From Paragordius varius (taxonomy: Eukaryota > Animalia > Nematomorpha): DNA of 64,000 bases. The notes under the pieces are model-generated. The model saw nothing but the letters and a program-made list of their open reading frames with translations, did not search any database and was not told the DNA's origin. A program made the translations under genes and the position numbers. Each line of letters opens with the position of its first letter. The stretch's first letter is position 1. Below, piece after piece: positions 1 to 14,600 of the stretch. The stretch spans positions 12,400,001-12,464,000 of the forward strand of contig OZ176053.1 in assembly GCA_964247055.1 (NCBI GenBank), given 5' to 3'.

Positions 1-752
1 CTTATATAAGATTCGTTTGTTTTTAGTTTTAACCATTACAATCAAGCGATTAATATTTTCAATTTTTTGAAATATTTATTTAATCCATATTTTTATGTTT
101 TTCATTTAACATGTGTAGAGTAGCCATTAACCTAAGTAACGATAAAATAATTTCGTTCCACATTGGGTAACTGCTTATCCCACGCCAAATTATAATAATT
201 GAAAAATTAGTAAAGGCGCTCCCAATTTCATTCTACATTTTTAATGAAAATGTTATAAATCAGAAAAAAATTTCGCTATAAAGGTATCACTTTTTACCGT
301 TTGAGATAGATTTTACCCTAGAGCAAATCCAAATTAAAAATAATATAATACGAGGCCAAATTTATAAACATGGTAGGAGTCGAATTTTTTCAAAAAAACC
401 AAAAATTAAATTGAATTAACTATTTTTTGCCGCCAATTTTTTCGATCTTTTTTAATTAAAATTTTGCCTTCTGGTTACATAGAATATCAATGTCAGATAA
501 GGTGCTCAATCTTACATTTAGAATCAATGTCATGTAAGGACAAAATTTAAAATTAGCTTCAATATATTCTTAAATAATTTCAGATTGTAAATGGGGTCTT
601 CAATCACCCCATTTTTAATTATGAAAGACATGTTACAAAAGTGTTGGAAGAAATTGGGATGTAACAACGGTTTGCGTTTGATATTGGCTATTATTGATTT
701 TTTATGCCTTAAACTTAATTGAATCAAACTTCTTTAAATATATTATAATTTA

Positions 753-924
753 CAGTAGCGTATGGCATAAAACAATATTATTCCATAAAAGAATAAAAAA
801 ATGTTTTTTTCAAAAAACATGGGGATATTTATGGAAATGTGTATATACAACTAGGCTTATTTTTTTAAAAAAATATTTTTTTATTCTTTTATAGTCTAAT
901 AATGTTTTATGCCATACGATACTG
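753..924. mobile_element. Tc1/mariner-type MITE, copy 1 (~172 bp, long TIRs)
   Basis: Termini cagtagcgtatggcataaaaca / tgttttatgccatacgatactg, inverted over ~60 bp and flanked by TA on both sides (751-752, 925-926). A near-identical copy lies at 10258-10427. Confidence 0.85.
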
Positions 925-2892
925 TATATTTGCTCGATGTAATCCAAATCATAAAAAATCGTGAATAATTATAAACATTTTACTCGTTTAATACTTTAAG
1001 ATTATCCATATCTTTGAATTAAAAACTGCACTTTTTCATTTGCAAAAAAAATAGTTCGAAAACGAATATATATTCAAAAACAGTATTTTAACCTTCATAA
1101 GCTTCAGTTTACCTTTAAATTTTTCAAAATATCCCTTTTGTATTTAAATTGCTGAGTGATTAAAAATGCTTTCATAAAAAATGTATTTTAAAATGAAAAT
1201 CATAAACAAAGGGTTCGACGTTAAGTAAATACATATGTTTCTGAAAAACACCTAGGAGTAATTGATTTATGAAATTATTTTTTTGGAAAGCCATAAATAT
1301 TCATTTACAATTGTTTCATTACAGAAAAAACCAAGCAAATAAACCGTTAAAAGTATAAAAGACTATAATTTTTATAATAACATTTCATGACCTTTTGGGG
1401 TATTTTTATACCGCTTAAACAATTAAAATTTAATTATTTCAAAAAACATTATTATTGGGCCATATTTATAAATATGCTTTCTTTAGCCTTTTAGGCGCAT
1501 GATACCAATTCTTTTTTTAAATTGCAATATTATAAAACATTGTCTCAAACTTTTCCGCCGCCATTTATTTGGATTTTACTGGATCGCTAATTCGACAAAC
1601 AATTAACTTTGGAAAATTTTTAAATAACATTTTATCAGCATAGATTTTAATATCAGCGGTTTCGAATTCGGGACCATAGAAGTTAATAAACTGTAAAAAT
1701 TATGGTTTGTTATCCAATAGAGGAGAAAGGGTTAGAAAATAAATTATATTGAAACAACTTTTAACGGATGAGTAGTTTGTTTACGGCTTTAATGTCATAA
1801 TTTACTAAAAATGAAAACATAATGAAATGTTAAGAATGGCATTTTTAAATTGATTTTATTTAATAGAACCAATTGTTTTGATCGCAAAACCGGATAAAAA
1901 TATTAATTGTTCAAACATTTTCAATAAATATTGTGTTAGAAAAGGATAATAAATATAGCTAAAAATTAATTGATAAATAGCTTTTTAGGTCCTTTTCAAC
2001 CCCAGAGCGATAATTTAAAAGCCTTTAATGTCTATAGGATTATGGTTTTTCCCGCCAATTATTTTTTATTTTTTAACTAAGTCACTTAAACATTGTATTA
2101 AAATACATTAAGATAAATAGATATTACATTAAAAATTATGGAAACCTTAAAATTAAAAGGAAAATTTTTCTTAACAACAAGCATATTAAACTATGTTTAT
2201 AAGAATAACCTTTTATTTTGGGTGGCAAAATAAAAATAGACATCATTGGTAACATTTTCAATTATACATTTTAAAATTTTACATAATTAATAAAAAAATT
2301 GAAAAAGAAGTATTTTTAAAAAAATATTTGTCTTTTTATTTTATATATGTGTTGACAAAAAATTAACAATCAATTTTTAAAATTAAGCGTTTATTTGAGG
2401 TAGAGCCGATTTAAATTTGTTTACGTTTCTAATTGCACAAATTTTAAGATCGTAAAAAATTAAATATTGTTTAACATTTTTTAAATTATGCTGCTTTTGT
2501 CTAAACACCATGATATTTAAAAAAGCTCCAAAAATATTCCATATATAAGAGCCAATAAATATAATTGCAGATATCAGTAAACAAAAAGATTTATTCTAAG
2601 TTGTTTTACATTATTAGGGGTCATTTAAACAAGAATTTTTATATTATTAATTATTTTATGAAAAAATATATATACTTACCGTTTAATAATGTTTTTAATA
2701 ATTATAACTGTACGGATAATAAGCCCTTTTACCGTAATTATTTATTTTAAAATTGAAAATATTTTATTTTTGAACAGGCATGTAATTTGAATATCCCAGT
2801 GCTTTTTTATTTATGGAATTTGATATCTTTGTCCAAAAAAACCATAAAAATAAATAATTAATAATATATTTATTACATTTTGGATGTATCAG

Positions 2893-2916
2893 TAATAATA
2901 ATAATAATAATAATAA
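2893..2916. repeat. (TAA)n microsatellite downstream of the polyhomeotic stop
   Basis: About 8 TAA units read directly. Confidence 0.8.
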
Positions 2917-3065
2917 GCAAAACTAGACAACGCATAATGCTGTGTGTGTGGTGTATAAATATAAATATGTATCACAAATGTTGTTTAAAATTAATTTTAT
3001 AAATAACTTCAAAACTAAATTATCTCGGTAAAAAGATGTAAAAAAACAGAATGAAGGAATAAGGG

Positions 3066-6000
3066 CTAAACATTGCCCTGTTTTTTGATGAGTTGTGCCA
3101 CTTTGGCCTGAATCTTAAGAGCAGGTCCAAGTTTAAGGTGCAACGAAGTTAAGAAATGTTCCTCCTTCAAAAGGGCCAACGCGGCCCCATCAATCTCATT
3201 GTTTTTGAAGATATCGGCCGTATTTTTGCAACCACTGACATTCAAAATGAAATCATACACGTCTACAACCTTTATAGATGATAAAAAATGTGTCATTATA
3301 TATATATTGGTAAAAAAATTGTACAAAATTTGTCTTACCGTCCATTCCTGAATCCTTTTGTGTAAAAGGATTTGTTCTGAATCAGTTAGTTGGGTATTAG
3401 TAGAATTAACATTGCGAAAATTGGTATTATGATAAGGTATTTCAGCAGCCTGTAAAAGTGGAGACACGTGAGCTATGGTGGTACAAGAAAGGTTGGAAAA
3501 CTTTAAATTTGATGCCATCAAGGGGTCCTTTTGAAAAATAAAAAATATTTTACCATAGCGTGTATGATATGTATAAAAGTTGGTCCATAATTACACCAAC
3601 AAAATAAATGTTAAAACATAGGGCAAAATTGTTTAATTTGAACCATTTGTTGTTTTTTACTATCCGCTATTGTAATTATTTTTTAGTAGATGGCTAATGC
3701 CTTAAAAGGTGTCAATCACTAGGCTAAACTAGAGTTATCTATCACGCTTACTCCATTGCACAATCATATAATCCATTTTTTTTAAATTGATGTTTAATAT
3801 AGCCCTAACCTAATTTGTATTACGACTAGATTTTATTTTTTCTTTTGCATCTTAATTCATTTACTGTTTTATAATGGTGTGAATAAAACAAAACAAAAAA
3901 GATTAAAATTTCGACCGCAACACCATTTATTAAGCTACGTTATGTTATTATAATACAAAGTTATGTGTGGTGTTGGTTTAAGTTAGTTAGCTAGCTATAT
4001 GTGTCAATATAATAAATGGACAAAAAATCAATAAATTCTCTGCCTGCCAGTAAAAAATATTGTTGTTACTGTAAGCACCAATGTTATAAAAAACAGTTAG
4101 ATTTCTTTCTTTCTTACTTTTTCGGATAAAACAACATTTAGATTAGAATTTGTACATGGTAAAGGCCCAAGTATGGCATGTTGAGATTTTCCTGTTTGGA
4201 CAACACTTTTTGAAACATTCGTTTCCTCCTTGATATTGTGCAAGGAATTATTTTTGCCATTTCCTATGTTAATTTTAGCGTATATAATTACCATAAACAT
4301 ACAATAAACAGATTTAGATATCTTCCCTTTATCTACATGTACAAAAAAAACTGACAAATATCAATGAATGAAATACAGAGGGATGAATGTCTAAAAATGG
4401 CATACGGGATACATAAGTACTCAACTTAAACCCATAAATCATTAATTATTTTCCCAAGATATAAAGCACGAAATATGTTTGTAATTGTCATTTATAGCTT
4501 TATGTATGTATGTAATAACCCAAAGCCCAAATTAAAATTATATAAATTATTGTTGGAATAAAATGGGAAATATTATGAAAACCTCTTGTTTTGGTGGCTG
4601 CCAACGAAATTAGAGTAATTTCATCAAAATTATCTTTTGATAAGTTTTGTGAAGACGATGATGTACAATGATCCAACTTATCACCATGTGTTTGCTTTAG
4701 AGATTTCTTATTGGTTTGGAATCCAGCGCTCTTGACAAATCGTTTTTTGAAGCCATTATTTAGCTAAACACAACAATTTCACATATATGGTATAATAAAT
4801 GGAGAATGCTCACAAATATTTGTATATATAAAAAAGATATTTGGGAAATAAAGATTGTGAATGTATCTATATATCTATATCTACGTGATTGTTAAGTAGG
4901 TGTAAGAAATGCCTCAAGCAGAAACAAAGTTAATGTTTAGAAATTCGTTATATGTTTAAATACATAATAATATAATTTCTGTGTAAAAATACTAAATGTT
5001 AGGTAGTTGACTTTAAATGCTAAACTAAACTAGAAGAATAGCAGTAAAAAAATTTAACTGACAGTCCACGATAAAAATAATGATAAAATAAAAAGTTAAC
5101 TGGTAATGGATATTCAGATTCCTTTATAATATTCCCTTCAATAATGTGGAGTAGCACATTTTCCCCAATGTCATAAATAGAGTCTTCTGCAGGGAGCTTA
5201 GTTGTCATCACATCAAAAGTATCATCCAAAATTTCGGATTTAGAGCCGATATTTGGAGTACAGGTTATACCTAAAGCATCCCTTGGACTTATCAAATTTT
5301 GCGTCGTCGTAGAAGGTAGCAATGAGTTTGATATTGTTGCGTTTGATGTTGTAGAGCCAAATGAATTAAAATCTTGCTGAGAGCAAGTAGGGAGTGAAAT
5401 TCCCAAAGGAGCAGCTGTTGGGATAAAAGGATGAATCGTGGGCGTTTGATGTGACTGCTGTTGTTGTTGTTGAAGTGAAGGATGAGGGGGAGGAGCCATT
5501 ACAAAGTAACTTGGGGCCGCCGCAAGATTTCCAGAAGGAAACACGAGGGGCCCAGCAGCACCTCCAACAGTCCCAGCACCTGGACACCCAAAGGAAGTTG
5601 GGATGTGTTGGTAAAATTGATTTGTCCCAGGCGAATAGTATAAATATTGTGGGGCCGGTTGATGCGTAGCGATTTGCATTAAAGGCTTCAGGTTAGCCAG
5701 TGCAGTCAGGGGTTTTATCTTAGCGCCGGCTGAAAATGTGTTGTGTGACGAATTGCGACGCACTTTTTGAGCGCTGGGCTTTTTACATGCAGTCGTCGAG
5801 TTAGTGTTGATGGTATTTGAGAAAGCAGTACTTAGCGGTGGAAAGTTATTCACGTTGTTTGCAGAACTATTTGTGACTTGTGAATTGGAAGTGTCAATGG
5901 AAGTTACAATGACACCTCTGGAAACACTTAATTCATTGTCAATAACTTTTTGTGTGGATGATTGGGTCGTGATACCATTAGTATTTTGTAATGAAAGATT

Positions 6001-7425
6001 TTTACTGTCTGAAACTGTTAGAGGTAAGGGATTTGTTTTTGTTAAAACCACAACAGTCTTGTCCATTTGTTTTTCTTTTGTAGCCTCAATAACTTCGTTT
6101 TTAATGGAAATAGATGGTTCGATAGTTGTTGGAATGATTGAAGGTATACAAGATTGCTGAACGACTGTAGTCGTTACATTTGAATTTTTTGTTATCGAAT
6201 TGGCCGTACCAAATAAAGAAGTTGGAGGTGTAAATACCGTAGTATTCATTTTGGATGTTGTTAACTCTTCGATCCCATAAACTAACTTTTTCATGACGGC
6301 ATTTGCTTGCTTTTGATCAAACGCATTGTTATTCAGTATTTCCGGTTTAGGAATGACAGGAATATCTTTTAAGGAGCTGGTCAATGGTTCTTTAACGTCG
6401 ATATCGTGACTACATGGATTTGGGATAGATAAGGGTGTGCTTAAACAACTAGATGGTAAATTAAGCGGTAAAACGGTTTTCTTATCTACGGGAGATGTAG
6501 AAATGCTGGAAGAACATTTGTTTACAAGAGTTTCTTTGTTATTACTCGATATTTCTTCAACCATTGTGGTCGTTAAAGGGTTAGCAGGATTTATGGTTGA
6601 AACAACATTAATTACCTTTTGTTTGGGTGGTTTTGGTCCAATTATCGCAACATTGTTAATCGTCTGAAGGTATTTTTCAAGTGTTGAAGGAGATATTGGG
6701 GAACTAGACCTGGTTTCATTTGTGTCAGCATTCGATGGCGAAGTACTACTGTATTGATTAAAAAATCCAGGGTTAGAACTTGCAGCGCCATTGCTCAGCG
6801 TAATAGTTTGATCAAAATTGTAAGGATCTTTATTAAAGTTGTTGATCATACTTGCTGTTGAAACACTGGAATTTTCCAACTTACGGTTTTTACCGGCCAT
6901 ACCATCCGTATTTTTCTTTCTTTTAACAGCATTGTGATTGATGTTGCTATTATTAGTGACTACTCCATTAACAGATGTCGGTACTTCATTTTTGATTGAG
7001 AGAGCGGGTGGTGGTGGAGGTGGTGGTGGAAGTTGGGGTAAAAACGATTGAGCTGCCCTAAAATTATTTTCAAGTAAGTTGAAATTGTTATTGTAATTGT
7101 GTGGTAGTATGCCATTATGATTCAAATGGCTCAGGGCTCCGATATGTTTAACGAGAAATTGTTGCATTTGTTGCTGTTGTTGCATGGCGGCCACCAAGGC
7201 GGCTTGTTGAATCAAAAACGAAGAATTTTGAGCGTGAACCGGCAAAGTTTTTATCAGGTCTGCCGCGCCTTTGTCAGCCATATTCAAAAGGTTTTTGTTA
7301 ATAATCATGTTGTTATTAGCGCTGTTATTCATGGTAATGCTGTTGTTGTATTTGGTAGTAGAACCACAAGATGTTATGGAATGATATTTACTCGTGGTCG
7401 TGATTGTGTTGGGATCAAAATTCAT
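3066..7425 (-). CDS. ph: Polyhomeotic-like PRC1 subunit (~1014 aa; Q/P/N/T-rich N-terminus, HD1, C-terminal SAM)
   Basis: Exons 7425-5101, 4763-4583, 4263-4118, 3527-3339, 3269-3066 join in frame via GT-AG introns. HD1 motif VLLHIIEGNIIKESEYPLP; SAM WTVVDVYDFILNVSGC...EIDGAALALLKEEHFL..LHLKLGPALKI matches Ph/PHC. The start codon and the two middle exons are less certain, and upstream exons may exist. Confidence 0.88.
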
Positions 7426-8359
7426 AATATAGTCAATAAAATATTTACCCCACAAAAGGATGGATGATACAGTGTGGAATTGAGAGTACGATAATGAAAG
7501 TTTATTTAAATAAGATTAACTATAATGGAAACATATTCGTAAATTATATATGTAATATGCAAAGCAAGAATCTTTACGGTATAATTTGTTCGAAATAAGA
7601 GAAATTGTGGAATAAACATATTGTAAAACGCATTTTTTATGTAATCAATGCACAATATATTTCTGCATACATATTTTTCCTTTCTTTTAGATTATATATA
7701 TTGCATACATTAATAATGTTTGATTGACATTCATATTCTATGGTGATGAATTATAAAATACATTCTATGTTAAAAAAACGTAAGTAAACAGGGATATATA
7801 AACGCAAGCGTATTGAACAAAGGAGGCAAGAAAAATTATCATTTTTATTTTTTTATTTATTTTTTACATATGTGGATATTTGGTTACTATGTATAGTATG
7901 TAGAAGGGAAAAAAGCACAAAACAACACATTTTTTATTGTTATACTAAAGTAGAGTTGAGATAGAGAGTTTTTTTTCTTAAAACACAAATGTGAATATAA
8001 GGATAGATTTATATATAAAACTACTCTTCGCGATATGTATATGTATGAACAGGATAATCAAATGAACATTAAACATTTCGATGTGAATCTAAATAGGATG
8101 GATAAAATTTTGGTTGGCTTTATGAAAATAAATTTCGGATAAATTGTTGAATGTTTCCAAATTGGAGCCTGTTAAATTAATATTATGAAAATTCTACAAT
8201 GTAAAATCGGTCGCATTTTTTATAATTATAAAAAACGTTTTTTTAGTAAAAAATTTATTTTGTAGCGAAAGGGAGAAAGAAAGTATAATTATAGTTTTTA
8301 CGATAAAATCAATAAATTAAATATGCGCTGTCTGTAAGGTTAAATTTGATTGACATCCG

Positions 8360-8395
8360 AGCTTGGCTTTTGTGTGACGTGCGCGCATTTTTCAT
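8360..8395. promoter_or_regulatory. Candidate promoter element upstream of polyhomeotic
   Basis: Isolated CpG-rich patch gtgtgacgtgcgcgca (CRE-like TGACGT plus CGCG) in very AT-rich DNA, ~0.9 kb upstream of the first large exon. Inference only. Confidence 0.25.
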
Positions 8396-10257
8396 ATTTC
8401 AAAATTATTATTTTTAATATCTATAAATTTTTTATAATGTTAGAAATAAAATTGTTATTAAATAATAATGAATATTAAAAATATTATTTCGTAATACTTT
8501 TAAATGTTGATATTATATCGGTGTATGCAAATTAAATTGAGTCTTACTTTAAAGTTTATTTCTGCATAAAATATGGTAATTAGTCTATTTTTTAACCAAA
8601 ACTAGTTTTTATGACCAGTTATTAATAACTTTAAAATCAATCTGAAGATTAGTCAACATATTATTAGAATAAAAATAATGGCGTAAATAAACCGTATACA
8701 AATAATATAAGCCAGAAAATTTATATACCATAATCAAATATATTATTTTAAATTAATAATTTCAAAAAATTATAGTTATATGCAATATATATGAATAATT
8801 AATTAGGTAACACTTGAAAGTATCAATTATAGATACCCTAATAATTTTAAAATTAGGCCTATATCAAAATATTTATATTGTAAGAGTATTTATAAATACA
8901 TAATGAAAGCTTACGATACAAAATCGTTATTTCCATATTACAGTAGCATATGATAAAACACAAAAAATGCTTGCTATTAAACAATGTTTTTTGTATATGT
9001 TAACATAAATTTTGTTTATTAAATATGGACAAACTGTTTTTTTATATATATGCTAATGAAAATAAAATTGTACTTTTTGTAGTCCATTTTACCTCATTTT
9101 TAAATAGTAAGGAATTAAATATATTGTGGTTAGGATCCATATAGGCTTTAAACACTCCTGACAGTTACAATTAGATGAAATAGGCATGAGTCGGCCTCCG
9201 AACCACCTTAATATAACTTTATGTATTTTAAATTTACCCCTCTTACCTTGTCAGGCATGTTAAAAATTTGGCATTATTTATAAAAATCCTCTAAATATAC
9301 CAGGTGAAAATTTATATTTTGATTGTCATCAAATCTCATAAATAGTTAATTATGAAATTAATAGTTATTACCTTGATTGACTTAAAGCAATGCTCTTGGA
9401 AATATAGGTTAATTAATCTTACGATTTGAGTCAACTTATGATGTTTAAAGAAAATTTTTGGAGAATTCAGTTACTATTTATTTATAAAACCATATATCCA
9501 AAAAACAAAAAAGAATATTTTGATTTTGCTGAATAGTATGTTAACAAAGTACTTCATTATCTTTTGGGGGTAACTATGAACCCCATGGCGATTTTAAATT
9601 GGAATATCATAATTATAAAATTGGGCAAAATTCAAAAATATGCGTTTATGTTTTTGAATAAATTGTAAAAAAAAATTTTCAAACTTTTTCGCCATTATAT
9701 ATATATTAGCAAATGAATATATAAACTTAATAAATGAAAATGGCATTTTAGAAAGTAGAATATCTTAGCAGCAAATTTTTGAGATATGTTGATCAAAATG
9801 AGCTGTTTATATTAATAAGCGATCCCAATTTCTCATTTTAATTATATTGTAAAACTCTTTATCAAATACGGGAGAACTATCGAATTTAACTAAAAAAACA
9901 ACCTAAAAAGTTTATAAACATATGCTGTGAGGTATACAAACTATCTCAAAATATAATCGCTCAGAAAAAAATGAAAAGGCAATGAATATAATGACTGTTC
10001 GGTCCGTATAATTATTCTACCGCTTTTTATGCTGTATCTTATATTTCTAGATTACATCGTAGTCTTAGGAATCTTGGGGCATTATGAAACCCCTTGTCGC
10101 CTCTTGGTGAAATAGCACTTTAAATAAATTTTAGGCCAACTCATCTTACGATAATAACTATATGATAAATTTGTTAAATATTAATTTTCTATACTTTTTA
10201 CATTTCATTGTATTAAATTGACAGGGTAATTTTGTATTTCATCTTCTTCTTGTATTA

Positions 10258-10427
10258 CAGTAGCGTATGGCATTAACAATTTTAGTCCATTAAAGAATAA
10301 AAAAATGTTTTTTAAAAAAACAAAGGGATATTATGGATATGTGCATATACAACTAGGCTTGTTTCATTTAAAAAAACATTTTTTTATTCTTTTATGGACT
10401 AATAATGTTTTATACCATATGCTACTG
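10258..10427. mobile_element. Tc1/mariner-type MITE, copy 2
   Basis: cagtagcgtatggcatt...accatatgctactg with TA on both sides; colinear with 753-924. Confidence 0.85.
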
Positions 10428-10779
10428 TATCATCACAAAACGTATTATGAAAAAAAGCAGCTAATCAAATAATTGTGTTCCCATTCATTAAATTATACCA
10501 GATTTCACCATAACTAATTATAATCACCATGATATCTTAGGTAAAAATTATAATTATTGTAATAAAAATTTTCAGTTGATTCAAATAATATTTAAAACAA
10601 TGAAATATTTTACATGGGTTATTTTGCTCCTCCAGTATCTTTTATTCGTTATGTAAACAATAATTACTATTTATTGTTAAAAAATCATATAACTAACAAA
10701 TTTAATGAAAATATCATATAACTACAAAAAATAATTTATAATTTTTTATGGTGTTCTTCAACTTTAATTTGTTTCGAGT

Positions 10780-11600
10780 TGAAATCAAGAATGTGGCGGA
10801 AAACAATAGACTATGACCCGAACAGTGTGTTTAATATTGACAAAGTATGTCCTATCGCAGGAAAGCATTCATAGTTTAAAAAGAGATTAACAGAAGGGAA
10901 GACGTGGACTCTGTAAAAAACCTTGAGCAGGAGGCTTAACTTTTATATTTTATGATTCTGATATCCCTGATATCTGATTTTGCTAACAAGAGTTTTACAA
11001 TGATTTTTATTAAGGAATAAATCAGCTTGATGGGCATATTTGATACTCGATTAAAAAACTTAAATTTTATTGATTTTAATTGTGCAAATATTTTGTTTAC
11101 AATACTTAACTCATTTCTCGAGTGCATCGTATCCAAACAAAATATTATGGTTGAGCATAATTTTACAGGTTTTACTGTTTTGGATTAGTTCTATGATCTG
11201 ATGAAACTAACTATGCCCATTTAGATTTATTTTAATGAGTATGCTCAGCAAAGTTAGTTCGAAATTTGTTTTTTATCAACAAAGGTGATATTAATATAAA
11301 TACCATTGAAGCCACACGACAGCATAATCATTGCAAAAAAATAAATTGATTAAGTCAAAATTGTGGTGAATTTGAAGCACATCACGGATCTAAATTTAAT
11401 GCTTTGACATTGACTAATGAAATAAGAATTTTACGAATGTCAGAAAGTTTTTCAAGCCAAACCTGATTAATATTAAAATACTCCCTAGATGTTTTATATT
11501 TACAATAGGAAGAAATTACAGACACAATCTATCACTTGCTAGGTAATTTAAATAACTATGAAGCGTTAAGATATCGGTTCTTTCAAAGTTGTTTTATTGT
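10780..11600 (+). pseudogene. Possible pogo/Tigger transposase fossil
   Basis: Scattered translated fragments DYDPNSVFNIDK, KKRLT and KPHDSIII resemble the pogo-type Y.P..IFN.DET, K.RLT and QP.DQGII motifs; many stops and frameshifts. Confidence 0.3.
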
Positions 11601-14600
11601 TCGGCGATAATATATATATATATATATATATATTGGCGACACTGGGCTGTTTTTCACCGCTTTTAGGCATAAAAGCTAATTACTGAGTCAAAAAGAAGTT
11701 ATATTAATATCGGATGTTTTGCAAAAATTATATACCCTGATAAAAATTTTATATAAGGCTAAATCATTTTGTACGCGGTATAGTAGGTATATATATGTAT
11801 ATTAATATAATGTATATTGCTTTTACCGCATAATAGCTGTGCGATATTTTTGCTTTAATTCTCTTATGACTTTCTAGGACCCTCTAAAAATGTAGAATCA
11901 TAACTAACAAAATTTTGCGAAAATAACCTTTATGACAAACAAATAGAATTTTATCACGTTTTTTCTATTTTATTTATTTATTTTGATGTAAAATAAAAGT
12001 GTTTTTTTTAAAATTTTTGCTAAAAGCTAAAATAACTTTTTGTTTGTATTTGATCAATATCGATAATTGTTAATCTGGAGTTTTTAACTATTGAATTAAT
12101 TATTTTATATATGTGCGCACTCCAAAATAATAAGATGTTAAAATGATAAAATAGAGAAATTTTGTGCCCCCAGTACCCAAAATTAAGATCATGTAGAAAA
12201 AATTCCCGCGTCTTATGCATGAACCTATACCTGAAAACGAAAATCTTTAAACTGATTTTTTTCACCATTCATATTAAACTTATGTATTAAATCTCTTGTG
12301 CATTAATTTATATTCTAGAAATATATGTTTGACGAAAACCTCACCTCATACTTTTCGGCCCAAATATGTTTTATTGGACATTTATTCTCAAAGTAATTCA
12401 ATTTTGGCAAAATTCTGGTATTCCATGATCTGAACCAGCTGTTTTTCTAAGTCATAATAAAGAATTATGAAAAAAAATATTTTAAAAGGATTGATTTTTT
12501 ATTTATAACATATACTGCTAGGTGAATAATTTTGCATGCGTAATGAGGTGTTAATATGTCATATAGCCTTTTGAATATTAGGTTGCTTCTGTAACTTTTG
12601 CCCTTTAATATGGAATAAATTATTTTTTTGATTACGAAAAAATTTGGGTTCAAGTCAATTAAGTGATGAAAACATAAAAAAATGGGCCAAAAATCAGTAT
12701 TTTGAGTGAAATTCAATTAGTAGGCCCTTAAAATTATGATATATTTGATACGGAACGGCCAAAAAAATAATTTTTAAACTAAAATACAGTAGTATATATT
12801 CAAAATATTTGCTTGTCATTAAAAATTTTTAATAATAAAAAATGCTAAACTAGCACGATATATTGTTTTTACTATACGCTATTGTGCGTTAAAAACTATT
12901 GAAAAGGTTTATAGTTTAATATAATAAATATACATTCATCTTATATTAAATTAATCATCGATATTTATAATATCGTTGATAATCATAAAAGCATGGTATA
13001 AATATAACCTAATTATTACCCATATTTTTTTGATATATTTTAAGCTTTTAAGCGTGCATCTTATTAATGTTTGACAAGCTCTTTAAAATATCCGCCATAT
13101 TTATTATATTACGGTGAAAAAACAGAATGACAGTGTAAAATAGTATAGTTTTTAGTTGGTAATTATTGTTATACACCAAAAATTAAATGATCATCAAATT
13201 TGTTTACAATATCTTAGATGTTAGATCAGGGGTAAACATGCGGCCAACAAAAAATTTGAAAATACCAAATATAGGGTATAAAAAATATAGTTATTTATAA
13301 AAATATACCTAAAAATCAATATTTTATAAACATCTGAAAAAAATCCGAATTTTGGCAACAAACTAGCAAAAAATTGATGAAATAAAAAAGTTATTTACTC
13401 TGTTCGTTTTTTTAACTATTTTATATTTATTATCTGACTAAAACATTCATTACCCTATATATTATAAGGCGCACGCAATGACATTTGTATTGGGCACCGC
13501 TGCCTTAGAGTCTGCAAGCTATAATATCAAACCTGAAACTATTATTGATTCTTTAAGCTGCCCCAAAAAATAAAATTCTATGACAAAAAAGATACTAGCA
13601 TCCTTCTATATTTGGCCAAAATTGGAAAACGGTTTGGTAGCCTAAAAGATCAAATAATTAGCTCATTTTAATATACTTAAAAGGCTGTCGATGAATTGGA
13701 TTATTATTTATTTTATATAGGGAGCGTTCTAAAATTGTTTTTAATCAACGCTTTAAAGCCAATATCAGGGGATAACAAAAATGGCGTCAAGGCTTCATTT
13801 CGATGTAAAATATCCAGCGGACGTTCTGTTTATAAAATATTGTGGTTCAAATATGAATTTTTGAAATAACAATTCGATACAATTTTTTACAATTAACAAA
13901 TTATATACCATTTTAATTTATTTTAAAACTACAGTTTTTTTACATTATTTTATTAGGACCAATCTTATTTAGATCAAAAATATCAAATTATGCTCACCTA
14001 AAATACATAATTATTTGTTTTTATTATATTAACTTTCTGTTAAAACGTACTGGAACGCTTGGAATATATATTTATCTTTTCTTTGTCATAGAGTCACCAT
14101 CAGTTATGATTGAAGCCCGTATTTATCAATTATAATTCAATTGCCAGCAATTTTTTAACGGGTTTAAACAATGGTTGAATAATTTATCTTAAGTTTTTTA
14201 TGATAGCTTTATTTTGGTGTAATGTGGATAAAATGCTGAAAATTAATAACATAAAAAACTGCAAAATTCGATGTATAATTTTTGGAATATACACTTCACT
14301 AAACCTATTAACAAAAAGATGATAATTTAACGTTTCCGAGTCACAGCTTTTAAAAACAATCTTTTAATTATTTTGTTCCAAAATATTTCTAATAGTACTA
14401 CTCAAGTTCTTAAGATTTTCTTTTTTAAAATAAAAATATTTTTTTGATTTTTTAAAATATTTTTCCCGGACAAAGTTGGATGGTGCTTTAAATTTTGCAT
14501 TTTAGCTTCTAATCGAAGCAAAAAAGTGTTCTTATGTTAATGGTTCGCATACCTTTATATTATTAAATAAATGAAGATATAACTTATGGGCTCCTTTATT

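Noticed and set aside
420-2060. CCGCCAT/AAAATGGCG (YY1/Pho-like) motifs near polyhomeotic as a Polycomb response element
   Set aside because: The same motif recurs throughout the window inside repeats (e.g. 30452, 31340, 45548), so there is no specific enrichment at ph.
530-2750. Short AT-rich ORFs of 60-66 aa (and similar ones elsewhere in intergenic DNA)
   Set aside because: Low-complexity F/K/I/N/Y composition expected by chance in AT-rich DNA; one overlaps a MITE.
5366-7467. Several 70-120 aa ORFs overlapping the large polyhomeotic exon
   Set aside because: Alternative-frame or antisense by-products of a GC-richer coding exon; no recognisable motifs.
13450-13480. ccctatatattataaggcg as a second Helitron 5' end
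   Set aside because: Lacks the exact A|TC start, and no matching hairpin-CTAG 3' end was found.
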